From positions 1 to 44,755 of the IMG/VR virus record IMGVR_UViG_3300020215_000077: 44,755 bases of DNA; one strand, 5' to 3'. Made by a program: the position numbers and the translations under genes. The first letter of the stretch is position 1. Each line of letters starts with the position of its first letter. Origin of the DNA: a virus. Of this stretch, positions 29,778 to 39,154 are shown in pieces. Under the pieces are notes generated by a model. That model made no database searches and had not been told where the DNA came from. It saw nothing but the letters and a program-made list of their open reading frames with translations.

Positions 29778-31203
29778 CGCCTGGCGGCTCGCCAACCTCT
29801 ACAAGATCACCGACAAGAACTCTCGGCTCTCCTTCTACCAGCCCAACGCCGTTCAGCGGCGCCTGCACGCCAGCCACGCCAAGCGCAAGATCACGCTGAA
29901 GGCCCGCCAGTTCGGTATCACCACCGACGCGGTGCTTCGGCGCTTTGACTCCTGCATCTGGAGCCGCAACAAGACGGTCTGCATCCTGGCGCACAAGCAG
30001 GAGGCCCTGCCCAAGATCTTCGGGATCGTGAAGACCGCCTACAAGAACCTGCCCGAGAACCTTCGCCCCGAGATCGACAAGGGTGGCGGCTCCATGTACG
30101 AGTTCCGCTTCCCGAAGCTGAACTCGACCATCTACACGGCGCTCGAGGTCCGCGGCGGCACGATCCACGAACTCCACGTGTCGGAGGCCGCCTTCATCCC
30201 GAAGGAGCGGATCGACGCGACGCTACAAGCCGTCCCGCTGGGGGGCCTCGTTGAGTTCGAGACCACGCCCAACGGTCTGAATCACTTCTACGATCGCTGG
30301 ATGGACACGGAGGACGGCTACGAGCGGTTCTTCTTCCCGTGGTTTTTTCACGGGGAGTACAAGCTCGCCACTTCTCCCCTTCGTCTTACTGACGAGGAGG
30401 AGCGGCTTGTAGCTTCGGCCGCCTCTCGGTACGGGATCGCGCTCACCCATGAGCAGATCGCCTTCCGCCGCTTCAAGATCAAGGAGCTCGGGCCGCGCAC
30501 CTTCCAGCAGGAGTATCCGGAGGACGATCAGACGTGCTTTCTGGCCTCGGGCTCCAATCCGTTCGACACGGCTAGGCTCAAGGCCAAGAAGGACGCGGCA
30601 CCACGCCCGATCGAGGTCAAAGACCAGATTTGTATATACGAGCGCTTCGACAAGTCAAAGACCTACGTGATCGGCGCCGACGTGGCCGAAGGAGTGCGCT
30701 CGGACTACTCCGTGGCGACCTGCTTCTGTGTCGAGGACAAGCGCGAGGTGGCGTTCTTCCGTGGTCACCTCTCGCCCAGCGAGTTCGCCGACAAGATCCA
30801 CCAGATGGGAAAGCTCTACTCGAGAGCTAACCTCTGGCCGCAGGTGATGGTCGAGCGGAACAATCACGGGCACGCGACCATCCTGAAGCTGGTCGAGGTT
30901 CTGCGCTACCCGGGCCTCTGGGTCGCACCCGACGAGAAGATCGGCCACCACACGACGACGCTCACGCGGCCGCTGTTGATCGATACCTTCGTTGAGGCGG
31001 TGAATACCGATCTCTTCGAGATCCGCTCGCGCGACACTTTTGCCGAATGTCTCACCCTCGTCGATAATAACGGCAAGATCGAAGCGGAAGAGGGAAAGCA
31101 CGACGACGCGGTGTTCGCTACGGCTCTCGCGGTGAAGCTGGCGCTCGAGTACCTGCCCAAGGTCAACATCTACAAAAACATCGAGACGAAGGTGCTGGTG
31201 TAA
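29755..31203 (+). CDS. terL: Terminase large subunit
   Basis: 482 aa. Walker-A-like KARQFGIT, an ATPase N-half and a nuclease-like C-half (VIGADVAEG...ERNNHG...HDDAV). The gene follows terS. Confidence 0.8.
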   Translation: MLQNFRSSAWRLANLYKITDKNSRLSFYQPNAVQRRLHASHAKRKITLKARQFGITTDAVLRRFDSCIWSRNKTVCILAHKQEALPKIFGIVKTAYKNLPENLRPEIDKGGGSMYEFRFPKLNSTIYTALEVRGGTIHELHVSEAAFIPKERIDATLQAVPLGGLVEFETTPNGLNHFYDRWMDTEDGYERFFFPWFFHGEYKLATSPLRLTDEEERLVASAASRYGIALTHEQIAFRRFKIKELGPRTFQQEYPEDDQTCFLASGSNPFDTARLKAKKDAAPRPIEVKDQICIYERFDKSKTYVIGADVAEGVRSDYSVATCFCVEDKREVAFFRGHLSPSEFADKIHQMGKLYSRANLWPQVMVERNNHGHATILKLVEVLRYPGLWVAPDEKIGHHTTTLTRPLLIDTFVEAVNTDLFEIRSRDTFAECLTLVDNNGKIEAEEGKHDDAVFATALAVKLALEYLPKVNIYKNIETKVLV

Positions 31204-33446
31204 TGGCGGTAGCTCCCGTGAAGAAGGTGCCCGCTGAGGACGACGAGCCGCGGAAGCCTGGCAAGGCCTTGGCCTCGAAGTCCGAGAACCCCATAGTCAA
31301 CCTGATCGAGGGGAAGGACGAGAAGACCGTCGTCCTGACGGCCGTCGATCCGGACAGCCAATACAACCCCTGGAACCCGGACGAGCTCTACCAGAAGACC
31401 GGCGACTACTCGATCTACGAAGACATGATGAAGGACGATCAGGTCGCGGTCGCCATGGCCGTGAAGAAGGACCTGATCATCGGCTCGGGCTGGCACATCG
31501 CCTGCGAGGAAGAGGGCGACGAGGACATCAAGCAAGACCTCGAGGTGGCCCTCACCGAGGACATCGAGACGAGTCTCGACGACTGCCTCTCGGACATGCT
31601 GACCGCCTACGACATCGGCTTCTCGGTGACAGAGAAGCAGTTCAAGCACCGAGACGACGGCTCGCTGACGCTGAAGAACCTCAAGACCAGGAACCCTGTC
31701 TCCTGGCTCTTCCACCAGGACAAGCACGGCAACGTCGTCCGTTACGAGCAGCAGGGGGCGGACAAAGAGTTCGCCGACATCGACCCGAACTCGATCATCC
31801 ACTTCGTCAACGCCCCGAGGTACGGCAAGCCCTACGGGACCTCCGACCTCCGAAGCGCCTACCAGGCCTACTTCATCAAGCAGCAGATCGTCCGCTTCTA
31901 CGCCATCTACCTCGAGAAGGCGGCGAGCCCGACGCCGGTGGCGAAGTACGACCGGAACATCGCGCTCGATGCCGAGATCCAGACGCTCCACAACACGATC
32001 AAGAAGCTCCAGACGAGTTCCGCCCTCACGATCCCGAAGGACCTCGAGGTGGAGTTCCTTCAGGCGGTCGGCAATGGCGAGGCCTACGTGAAGGGGATCA
32101 ACCTCTTCAACATGTTCATCGGCCGCGCCCTCTTCGTGCCTGACCTTCTGGGCTTCCAGGGCGGAGAGACCACGGGCGGCGCCCAGGCCTTGGGCCGCGA
32201 GCAGATGGTCGTCTTCTTCAAGCACGTCATGCGCCGGCGCCGGTCACTTGAGAACCTGATCAACCACCACATCATCAAGCCGCTGGTCATCTGGAACTAC
32301 GGGCTTCTGGACAACTACCCCAAGTTCAAGCTGAACCCGATCGAGGAAGACCGCGCTGTCGAGAACGCCAAGCTCTGGCTGGAAGCCGTCAAGGGCAAAG
32401 CCTTCACGCCCACGCTGGCCGAGATCAACACCTTCCAGAGGATCTGCGAGTTCCCGGAGACCTCGGAGGAGGAGTGGGACGAGCAGCAGCAGGACGCCAT
32501 CGAGAAGGCCGCCCAGGAGGCGGCGATCCTAGCCGGTGAAGAGGACCCAGAGGCCAAGGCCGACGCCGAAGGCAAAGGCAAGAAGCCCGGAGAGGAGAAG
32601 CCCGAGGCCAAAGCCAAGGACTCTTTCAAGGCCTACGTCCTGCCGGCCGGCGACTACCACCGGAAGACCGACTTCAGGGCGATCGAGAAGCAGCTCGACT
32701 CCAACCTAGACCTTTTCATCGCCAAGGCGACCCCGCTGGTGAAGGAGATCTTCTCCAAGTTCGGAGATCGCGTTGCCAAGGTCAACACGGGCAAGGCCAA
32801 GCGCCTTGAGACGCTCGAGCACCTGACGCTGCCCAAGCCCGAGCTCAAGCGCTTCGAGAAGCTCCTGGACGACTCGTTTCGGGAGACCTTCGAGCGCTCT
32901 CGCGAGATGGCCCGTGGCGAGATCTTCAAGGAGAAGTTCGCCGTCCAGCCGGCGCCCGAGTTCCTGAAGACCTTGGAGGAGGAGGACTACAACTTCGTCA
33001 AGGACTGGGAGTACCAGACCACCAAGCGCGTCCGCACCGAGATCATCGCCGCCGTGAAGGACGGGCGCCCCATCTCGAGCGTGGTTGATGCCCTGGGCGC
33101 CGAGGTCCAGAAGGAGGCCTTCGCCGCGGTCGAGCGCTACGCCCGCACCAAGTTCACCGAGGTGATGAACAAGGGGCGGCTCGCCTACTTCAAGGAGACC
33201 GGGGTCGTGGGCGCCTACCAGTACTCGGCGATCTTGGACGACCGGACGTCTGACATCTGCCAGGGCCTCCACGGCAAGGTCTTCCGTGCCGGCACCGAGC
33301 CCGTCCCGCCCATGCATTTCAACTGCCGCTCCCTCCTCGTTCCCATCACCAACTTCGAGGAGTGGGAGGCGGACACGAAGGTGGGCGGCAAGGGGATCGA
33401 CGACTTCATCGACGAGCACAAGGGCAAGGGCTTTGCCAGAAACTGA
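31203..33446 (+). CDS. Portal protein (Mu gp29/DUF935-like) fused to a Mu F / SPP1 gp7-like minor head protein domain
   Basis: The N-terminal ~450 aa are portal-like (YEDMMKDDQVAVAM...). An acidic linker follows. The C-terminus has ILDDRTSDICQGLHGKVF...PPMHFNCRSLLVPI, the MuF/gp7 signature. Confidence 0.8.
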   Translation: MAVAPVKKVPAEDDEPRKPGKALASKSENPIVNLIEGKDEKTVVLTAVDPDSQYNPWNPDELYQKTGDYSIYEDMMKDDQVAVAMAVKKDLIIGSGWHIACEEEGDEDIKQDLEVALTEDIETSLDDCLSDMLTAYDIGFSVTEKQFKHRDDGSLTLKNLKTRNPVSWLFHQDKHGNVVRYEQQGADKEFADIDPNSIIHFVNAPRYGKPYGTSDLRSAYQAYFIKQQIVRFYAIYLEKAASPTPVAKYDRNIALDAEIQTLHNTIKKLQTSSALTIPKDLEVEFLQAVGNGEAYVKGINLFNMFIGRALFVPDLLGFQGGETTGGAQALGREQMVVFFKHVMRRRRSLENLINHHIIKPLVIWNYGLLDNYPKFKLNPIEEDRAVENAKLWLEAVKGKAFTPTLAEINTFQRICEFPETSEEEWDEQQQDAIEKAAQEAAILAGEEDPEAKADAEGKGKKPGEEKPEAKAKDSFKAYVLPAGDYHRKTDFRAIEKQLDSNLDLFIAKATPLVKEIFSKFGDRVAKVNTGKAKRLETLEHLTLPKPELKRFEKLLDDSFRETFERSREMARGEIFKEKFAVQPAPEFLKTLEEEDYNFVKDWEYQTTKRVRTEIIAAVKDGRPISSVVDALGAEVQKEAFAAVERYARTKFTEVMNKGRLAYFKETGVVGAYQYSAILDDRTSDICQGLHGKVFRAGTEPVPPMHFNCRSLLVPITNFEEWEADTKVGGKGIDDFIDEHKGKGFARN

Positions 33447-33462
33447 CGCCGACATCCACGTC

Positions 33463-33624
33463 ATGCCCGCCGACGAGGGGCACGAGGACTCCCGGTACTG
33501 CTGGTGCGCGCCACGCGAGATCTGGCAGCCAAGCTTCCAGCGACAGCTGTGGGTCCATCGAAGCTGGTTCGAGCGCATGCGGGGCGACGACGCCCCTGAA
33601 GGAGAAACGTATGCCTTTGTCTAG
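33463..33624 (+). CDS. Possible small protein (53 aa; HEDSRYCWCAP motif)
   Basis: ATG 33463 lies between the portal and protease genes. The ORF overlaps the next gene start by 14 nt. Confidence 0.35.
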   Translation: MPADEGHEDSRYCWCAPREIWQPSFQRQLWVHRSWFERMRGDDAPEGETYAFV

Positions 33625-34918
33625 CCAGCAGCACACGCCGCGTCTCATGGGTGAGGACGAGCACTCGATCAAGTACGGGTGCGAGCCCGACTCCTACGAG
33701 GCCGAAGGCCAGGAGACGCGCGAGGTCGATGGCGTCCTGGTCACCGTCGGCAAGAGAAAGGCCGACGGCAAGACCGGCGTCGTCTCGGCCTCCTTCAAGA
33801 AGCCCGACTACGATTCGGAGAAAGCCGCCGCCTGGATGGCACGCCAGGACTTCGCAATCGAGCCCGCCGAGCTCCACACGGTAAAAGGAGTCGAGATCTT
33901 CTCGACCGGGCTCTGGAACGGCAAGCAGATCAGCGACGCCGACCTCGACGCCATCGTGGACGCCTACGCAGCGACCAAGGACACCGTGGCGCCGCACCTA
34001 AAGCTGGGCCACGACGACGACCAGAAGCTCCTGCAGGCCGACGGCTTCCCGGCCGCGGGCTGGGTCGAGAACGTCCGCAAGGTCGGCTCAAAGCTCGTCG
34101 CCGACTTCGTGGATATACCGCGCAAGATCTACCAGCTGATTCAGAACCGCGCCTACCGGAAGGTCTCTTGCGAGATCTACAACAACATCGACATCGAGGG
34201 GCGGAAGTTCCCCAAGATGCTTGGTGCTGTTGCCCTTCTGGGCTCCGACCTGCCAGGCGTCCTCAACCTCTCCGACATCCTCTCGCTCTACTCCGGACAA
34301 CACGCTCACGCGTCAATCGAAAATTTTGCCAAGCGTGAAACGGCGGACGTAATCTCGATAGTAGAAGCTTCCACCACAACGGAGCATGAAGACATGGCGC
34401 AAGCCGACGTCGATACGTTCAAGGCGCGAGCCGAAGAGGCCGAGAAGGCCGCCGCGGCCGCGAAGGCCGAAGCCGCCGCGAAAGACGCCGAGATCGAGAA
34501 GTACAAGGCCCAAGCCGCCGCCGCCGAGAAGGCACGCGTCGAGGAGCGGGCCAAGGCCGAAGCCGCGAAGGTCGATGCCTTCGTCACCGGGCTGGTGGCC
34601 GAGAAGCTGTGTTCCAAGGCGATGGAGCCCGCTGTCCGGGCTCTCGCCGGCGAGGCGAAGGAGACCTACTCGGTCGGCGACAAGAGCCTGACCCGCACCG
34701 AGCTCGTGAAGCAGGTCCTGACGCTGGCCAAGGAGGCCGCGAAGGTCAACTTCTCGGAGACCACGAAGGACGAGGGCGCTGCTGCGGCCAAGGACCTCGG
34801 CGCCAAGATCGAGAAGTACGCGGCCGAGCACAAGGTCTCGTACTCGGCGGCCTACAAGGCGGTCACCCGCGGGGTTGACCTCCCGGCGGCCGCCATGCGC
34901 GAAGAAGACGCCGCCTAA
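33611..34918 (+). CDS. Mu gpI-like prohead protease fused to or nested with an Ala/Lys/Glu-rich scaffold region
   Basis: VEIFSTGLWNG, KLGHDDDQ and AAGWVENV (Mu-like prophage I protein motifs), followed by a coiled-coil AEEAEKAAAAAKAEAAAKDAEIEKYKAQ. Confidence 0.7.
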   Translation: MPLSSQQHTPRLMGEDEHSIKYGCEPDSYEAEGQETREVDGVLVTVGKRKADGKTGVVSASFKKPDYDSEKAAAWMARQDFAIEPAELHTVKGVEIFSTGLWNGKQISDADLDAIVDAYAATKDTVAPHLKLGHDDDQKLLQADGFPAAGWVENVRKVGSKLVADFVDIPRKIYQLIQNRAYRKVSCEIYNNIDIEGRKFPKMLGAVALLGSDLPGVLNLSDILSLYSGQHAHASIENFAKRETADVISIVEASTTTEHEDMAQADVDTFKARAEEAEKAAAAAKAEAAAKDAEIEKYKAQAAAAEKARVEERAKAEAAKVDAFVTGLVAEKLCSKAMEPAVRALAGEAKETYSVGDKSLTRTELVKQVLTLAKEAAKVNFSETTKDEGAAAAKDLGAKIEKYAAEHKVSYSAAYKAVTRGVDLPAAAMREEDAA

Positions 34919-34944
34919 CCACCACGACGTGAAGGGATAAGACG

Positions 34945-35337
34945 ATGTCTGGTGCCCTCGTTCTCAGCTACAAGGTGCTCACCACGCTCAGCGCCTACCG
35001 CGTCGTGGCTGCGGTCTCCGGCACGGCCAACACCGTGCAGTACCCGGAATCGACGCAGTACATGCCGCTTGGCGTGACGATCGACGACGTCAAGGACACG
35101 ACGGCGTCGATCCCGGTCCAGGTGAACGGCATCGCCCGGGTCTACTTCAACGACACCGTGACCGCGGGCAAGCTCGTGGCCTTCGACACCTCCGGCCGCG
35201 GCATCCCGTTCACGCCGGCCGCGACCAGCACGGGCCTGACGCTCCCCACGGGCGTCATCGGCACGCTGGTTGGCCCGACGGTCGCCGCCACCGGCACCGT
35301 CGCCGACGTTCACCTGCATCCGCAGCTGATGCGCTAA
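34945..35337 (+). CDS. Head decoration / DUF2190-like protein
   Basis: 130-aa Gly/Thr/Val-rich ORF immediately upstream of the major capsid gene. Confidence 0.55.
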   Translation: MSGALVLSYKVLTTLSAYRVVAAVSGTANTVQYPESTQYMPLGVTIDDVKDTTASIPVQVNGIARVYFNDTVTAGKLVAFDTSGRGIPFTPAATSTGLTLPTGVIGTLVGPTVAATGTVADVHLHPQLMR

Positions 35338-35360
35338 CACCTAGGGAAGGGTAACTAACC

Positions 35361-36266
35361 ATGCCTCTTCGTAGTCAACAGCACGTCGATCAGCTGCTTT
35401 CGAACGTCTCGGTCAAGTACCGGCCGAACGGTCTGATCGCGATGGAGGTCTTCCCGGAAGTCCCGGTCAAGAAGGACTCCGACCTCTTCCGGGTCTACAC
35501 CCGCAACTTCCGCATCCCGGAAACCAAGCGGGCCAACAAGGGCCTGGCGCGCGAGCACGCGTTCGAGGTCAGCACGGCTTCGTACTCGCTCGAGTACCAT
35601 GCTCTGAAAGACTACGTCTCGGACAACGACGCCGAGAACTACGACATCTCGGACCTGCGCTCGGACACCACCGAGGAGCTGACCGAGAAGATCCTGCTGC
35701 GCATGGAGAAGACGGTCGCCGACCTCTTCACCAAGACCAGCTGGTCGTTGAACGTCTCGCTGGCGGCCAACTCCACGTTTGCCGACAACACGACCACGAC
35801 CAACCCGATTCCCTACTTCGACACCGCCTGCACCACGATCCTCAACAACGGCGGCATGAAGCCGAACCTCGGCGTCCTGCCGCGCCCTACCTACACGGCG
35901 ATCAAGAACCACGTCTCGGTTCTGGACCGCACGAAGTACACCTCGAGCGATATGACCGTCGAGATGCTGCAGGGCCTCTTCGACCTGCCGAAGATCCTGG
36001 TCGCCAACGCCAGCTACGACAGCTCGGCGCCGGGCGTCACCGAGTCGATCGGTCAGATCTGGCCGGACAACTCTTGGGTCGGCTACCGGCCTGAGCGCCC
36101 CGGCCCGCTGCAGCCGTCGGCCGGCTACGTCTTCCGTCGCTCGACCCCGATGGTTAAGCGCTGGCGCGTGGACGAGCGCGAGAGCGAGGCGATCGAGGTC
36201 CAGATGAAGTACGCGGTGAAGGTCGTCGCCTCCCTCTCCGGCTACCTGATCGCCAACTCGCACTGA
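35361..36266 (+). CDS. Major capsid protein
   Basis: 301-aa ORF after the protease/scaffold and decoration genes, followed by a strong intrinsic terminator. Confidence 0.75.
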   Translation: MPLRSQQHVDQLLSNVSVKYRPNGLIAMEVFPEVPVKKDSDLFRVYTRNFRIPETKRANKGLAREHAFEVSTASYSLEYHALKDYVSDNDAENYDISDLRSDTTEELTEKILLRMEKTVADLFTKTSWSLNVSLAANSTFADNTTTTNPIPYFDTACTTILNNGGMKPNLGVLPRPTYTAIKNHVSVLDRTKYTSSDMTVEMLQGLFDLPKILVANASYDSSAPGVTESIGQIWPDNSWVGYRPERPGPLQPSAGYVFRRSTPMVKRWRVDERESEAIEVQMKYAVKVVASLSGYLIANSH

Positions 36267-36299
36267 AATTTTGCCAGCGCCGTATATATGGCGAGAATA

Positions 36300-36329
36300 G
36301 GGGGGAGAGATCCCCCCTATTTTTCTTTA
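36300..36329 (+). terminator. Rho-independent terminator after the capsid gene
   Basis: GGGGGGA-gaga-TCCCCCC stem-loop followed by tatttttcttt. Confidence 0.75.
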
Positions 36330-36341
36330 CAGGAGGTCCCC

Positions 36342-36572
36342 GTGGACCCTGAGCAGAGCCCCAACCCTGCCCGTGTCGCCGCCGCCAAGGCCTACCATGA
36401 GCGCCGCAAGCAGAAACAGGCCGCCGCCCAGGAAGAGACCGACTCGCGCTTTGTCCTCACCGACAAGGGCAAGGTCGTGAAGCTGACGCGCACCGCGCGC
36501 GGCGTCCACTCGGTCTACGTCGGGACCAAGAAGCAGGCGGACGCCCAGGGTCTGAAGTACACCCGGGAGTAA
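36342..36572 (+). CDS. Small basic protein
   Basis: GTG 36342 follows AGGAGG; 76 aa. Confidence 0.5.
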   Translation: MDPEQSPNPARVAAAKAYHERRKQKQAAAQEETDSRFVLTDKGKVVKLTRTARGVHSVYVGTKKQADAQGLKYTRE

Positions 36573-36578
36573 CCCGCG

Positions 36579-37058
36579 ATGGGGACCTACGCCACCACGA
36601 CCTCGTTTGGGACCTGGCTCGTCGGCACGACGCTGGACGCGGCGACGACCTCTCAGGTCGGCCAGTGCATCACTTGGGCCGAGAACGAGGTGAACAAGAT
36701 GCTGGCCAAGCGCTACGACGTGAGCGCTTGGGTGTCGGGCTCTGTCCCCCCGCACGTGCGTGGCATGACCGAGCAGCTGGCGACCGGCTTCTACTTCCGG
36801 ACCGGCGCGCGCGGTGGCAAGGAGGCCTTCCAGAGGGCCGACGCCTTCATCAAGCCCGTGATGGAGAACCTGAAGGAGCTGGCCGAGGGGAGGCTTGAGC
36901 TCGTGGACACCGCGGGCTCTCTCATCCTCCCGCGCGGCTCCGCTCCCGGCGTCCTCTCCTCCACCGACGGCTACACCTCGACCTTTGCCGAGGACGACCC
37001 GCTGCTCTGGCGGGTGGACCCCGACAAGCTGGACGACATCGCAAGCGACCGGGACTGA
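36579..37058 (+). CDS. Head-tail connector/adaptor (DUF1320/Mu gp36-like)
   Basis: 159 aa. The call rests on position after the capsid gene and a general gp36-like pattern. Confidence 0.5.
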   Translation: MGTYATTTSFGTWLVGTTLDAATTSQVGQCITWAENEVNKMLAKRYDVSAWVSGSVPPHVRGMTEQLATGFYFRTGARGGKEAFQRADAFIKPVMENLKELAEGRLELVDTAGSLILPRGSAPGVLSSTDGYTSTFAEDDPLLWRVDPDKLDDIASDRD

Positions 37059-37062
37059 CTCG

Positions 37063-37536
37063 ATGGCCGACCAGGCCGACATCGTCATCGACGACAAGGA
37101 GGTCCGCGACTACCTCGCGGGTCTCACGAAGCGCTGGGACCAGATCGAAAAGCGCGACAAGGCGGTGGTCGGGATCATCTCGGCGATCGTCTTCCGGGAC
37201 GTCATCCAGCACTTCCAGAGGGAAGAAGGGCCGGATGGTCGCTGGCGGGCCTGGAGCCCGAGCTACGCCAAGTTCATGGCAACGATCGGTAAGTCGGGAA
37301 ACCAGATCCTCCAGGACTCTGGGCGGCTCAGAAACAGTTTCCAGCCCACCAACGCGCGCGCCACGCGCGAAGGCATACTCTGGTTCAACAACGCCAAGAC
37401 CGCCTCGGGCTTCCCCTACGCGGCGGCCCACAACGACGGCGGGGGGCGGCTGCCGCAACGCCGCTTCATGTGGCTCTCGGACGGAGCGGTGGGCGACATC
37501 GCCGAGCAGGTGCTCAACTTCCTGGGGAAGGAATGA
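37063..37536 (+). CDS. Virion morphogenesis protein (Mu gpG-like)
   Basis: ILQDSGRLRNSF...PYAAAHNDGG...PQRRF is typical of the phage virion morphogenesis family. Confidence 0.65.
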   Translation: MADQADIVIDDKEVRDYLAGLTKRWDQIEKRDKAVVGIISAIVFRDVIQHFQREEGPDGRWRAWSPSYAKFMATIGKSGNQILQDSGRLRNSFQPTNARATREGILWFNNAKTASGFPYAAAHNDGGGRLPQRRFMWLSDGAVGDIAEQVLNFLGKE

Positions 37537-37649
37537 TGGACTACCTCGTGGCCGCCATCGTCGTCGCCTTTCTCGCCTTGGCCCACAAGGTGCGCGGGCT
37601 CTCGCGCGGGCGCGTCCGCCTTCGGGTCGTCAAAGGGGGGAAGAAATGA
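37533..37649 (+). CDS. Small membrane protein (38 aa)
   Basis: ATGATG start overlaps the upstream stop, and the stop overlaps the next ATG (ATGA). Single TM, YLVAAIVVAFLALA. Confidence 0.4.
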   Translation: MMDYLVAAIVVAFLALAHKVRGLSRGRVRLRVVKGGKK

Positions 37650-38140
37650 CCGTCAACCTCTCCAACATCAAGACCCAGCTGAAGGCGGTCTTAGACACCG
37701 CCAACACCACCACCGCCGCCTTCGACCTCTCGACCGGGCTCTCGACCCGCGTCCAGAAGGTGCTGAAGGTCCACCCGGGTCTCATCCCCCAGCAGGCCTC
37801 CTTCTACCCGTGGGTCACGACCTTCGTGGACAAGAAGGAGGTCGAGCACGCGACCATCGCCAAGGACCAGATCACCGCCAAGCGCATGGGCACGGTGACC
37901 ATGAAGGTCGTGGGCGGGGTCTGGGAGCCGACCGTCTCTGACGTCACCGCGGACGCCGCCGACGAGGCCATCGAGAAGCTGATGGAGAACGTCGAGGAGG
38001 TCGTCCGCCGGAGCTTCAAGCTAAACAACGCCGTCCAATGGACCAAGACCGAGGACGTCTCCTACTACGCCTGGCCGGTGAAGGAGGACACGCACCTTAG
38101 GTTCGGGGTCCTAACACTCACCGCGAAGGTCGATTACTAG
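37646..38140 (+). CDS. Neck / tail-terminator-like protein
   Basis: 164-aa ORF between the morphogenesis genes and the tube gene. No motif recognised. Confidence 0.5.
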   Translation: MTVNLSNIKTQLKAVLDTANTTTAAFDLSTGLSTRVQKVLKVHPGLIPQQASFYPWVTTFVDKKEVEHATIAKDQITAKRMGTVTMKVVGGVWEPTVSDVTADAADEAIEKLMENVEEVVRRSFKLNNAVQWTKTEDVSYYAWPVKEDTHLRFGVLTLTAKVDY

Positions 38141-39154
38141 ATGCAGCAAGCCCAAGAGGCAGATGCCCGTCGCCACGAGCTAGACGTCCGCCGCCAGTCC
38201 CAAGCCGCCTACGCCCAGTGGGCCAAGATCTGGCGCGAGCACGCCAAGGAGCATGCCCGCCACGAGATGAAGGACATGCTGGCCCTCCAGAACGTGGGGA
38301 TCGGCAAGGCATGTCTGGTCATCGCCAACGGCCACAGCTTCGAGAAGAACCTGGAGACGATCCGCAAGTACCAGGGGAACGTCGATATCCTGGCCGTGGA
38401 CAAGTGCGTGAGGCATTGCCTCGAGAACGGGATCACGCCGACCTACGCCTTGGTCTGCGACGCGAACGTCTCCTACGAGACCTACATGCAGCCGGTGGAG
38501 CACCTGCTCCAGGACACGATCCTCTTGGCCAACGTCTGCGCCAACCCCAAGTGGGCGGCCAGCGGCAACTGGAAGGACCGCTACTTCTTCGTCAACAAGG
38601 ACGTCTTGAAGTCCGAGGCCGAGTTCATGGCGCTCTCGGGCTGCAAGAACGTCATCCCGGCCGGCACCAACGTCAGTAACTGCGCCATCGTCGTCCTGAC
38701 CCAGTGCGACGAGGCCGGCAAGCGCAACTTCTTCGGCTACGACAAGCTGCTCATGATCGGCTTCGATTACGCGTGGGGCGACGACTCCTACTACGCGTTT
38801 GACCGCGAGGGCGGCGGCAAGCGGCACTACATGAAGACGGTCTACGCCTTCAACCTGCGCTCGGAGCTTGTATATACCTCGTCCAACCTGCTGTTCTCCG
38901 CCAAGTGGATCGAGCGCTACATCACTGTCTTCAAAGTGCCGGCCGTCCAGTGCTCCACGGATTCCATCCTGCGCGGCTGGAAGCTTGGAAACCTCGAAGA
39001 GCAGCTGCAATATCGCTACAAGCCCGAAGATGCGAAGCGTGTAATCGACCTGTTAGAATATCGACGTAACCTCCAAGCCCAGATCGACGGGATCAACCGG
39101 CAGATCATGGACGTCGGCCGGGATCACTTCAAACAGCTTATGAGGACAAGCTAA
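38141..39154 (+). CDS. DUF115/MptE-like (Maf, motility-accessory-factor type) putative nonulosonate glycosyltransferase
   Basis: GKACLVIANGHSFEKNLETIRKYQGNVDILAVDKCVRHCLENGITPTYALVCDAN matches the DUF115 core pattern (G..IvGnGPSL...i.avd.a...L...gI.PD..v..D). The gene lies directly upstream of the tail tube gene. Confidence 0.6.
   Translation: MQQAQEADARRHELDVRRQSQAAYAQWAKIWREHAKEHARHEMKDMLALQNVGIGKACLVIANGHSFEKNLETIRKYQGNVDILAVDKCVRHCLENGITPTYALVCDANVSYETYMQPVEHLLQDTILLANVCANPKWAASGNWKDRYFFVNKDVLKSEAEFMALSGCKNVIPAGTNVSNCAIVVLTQCDEAGKRNFFGYDKLLMIGFDYAWGDDSYYAFDREGGGKRHYMKTVYAFNLRSELVYTSSNLLFSAKWIERYITVFKVPAVQCSTDSILRGWKLGNLEEQLQYRYKPEDAKRVIDLLEYRRNLQAQIDGINRQIMDVGRDHFKQLMRTS

Noticed and set aside
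29289-37536. Transposable Mu-like phage, suggested by the Mu gp29/gpF/gpI/gpG-like head genes.
   Set aside because: No DDE transposase or MuB-like ATPase is present. The genome has a tyrosine integrase, an excisionase, attP-like repeats and TerS/TerL, so only the head module is Mu-like.
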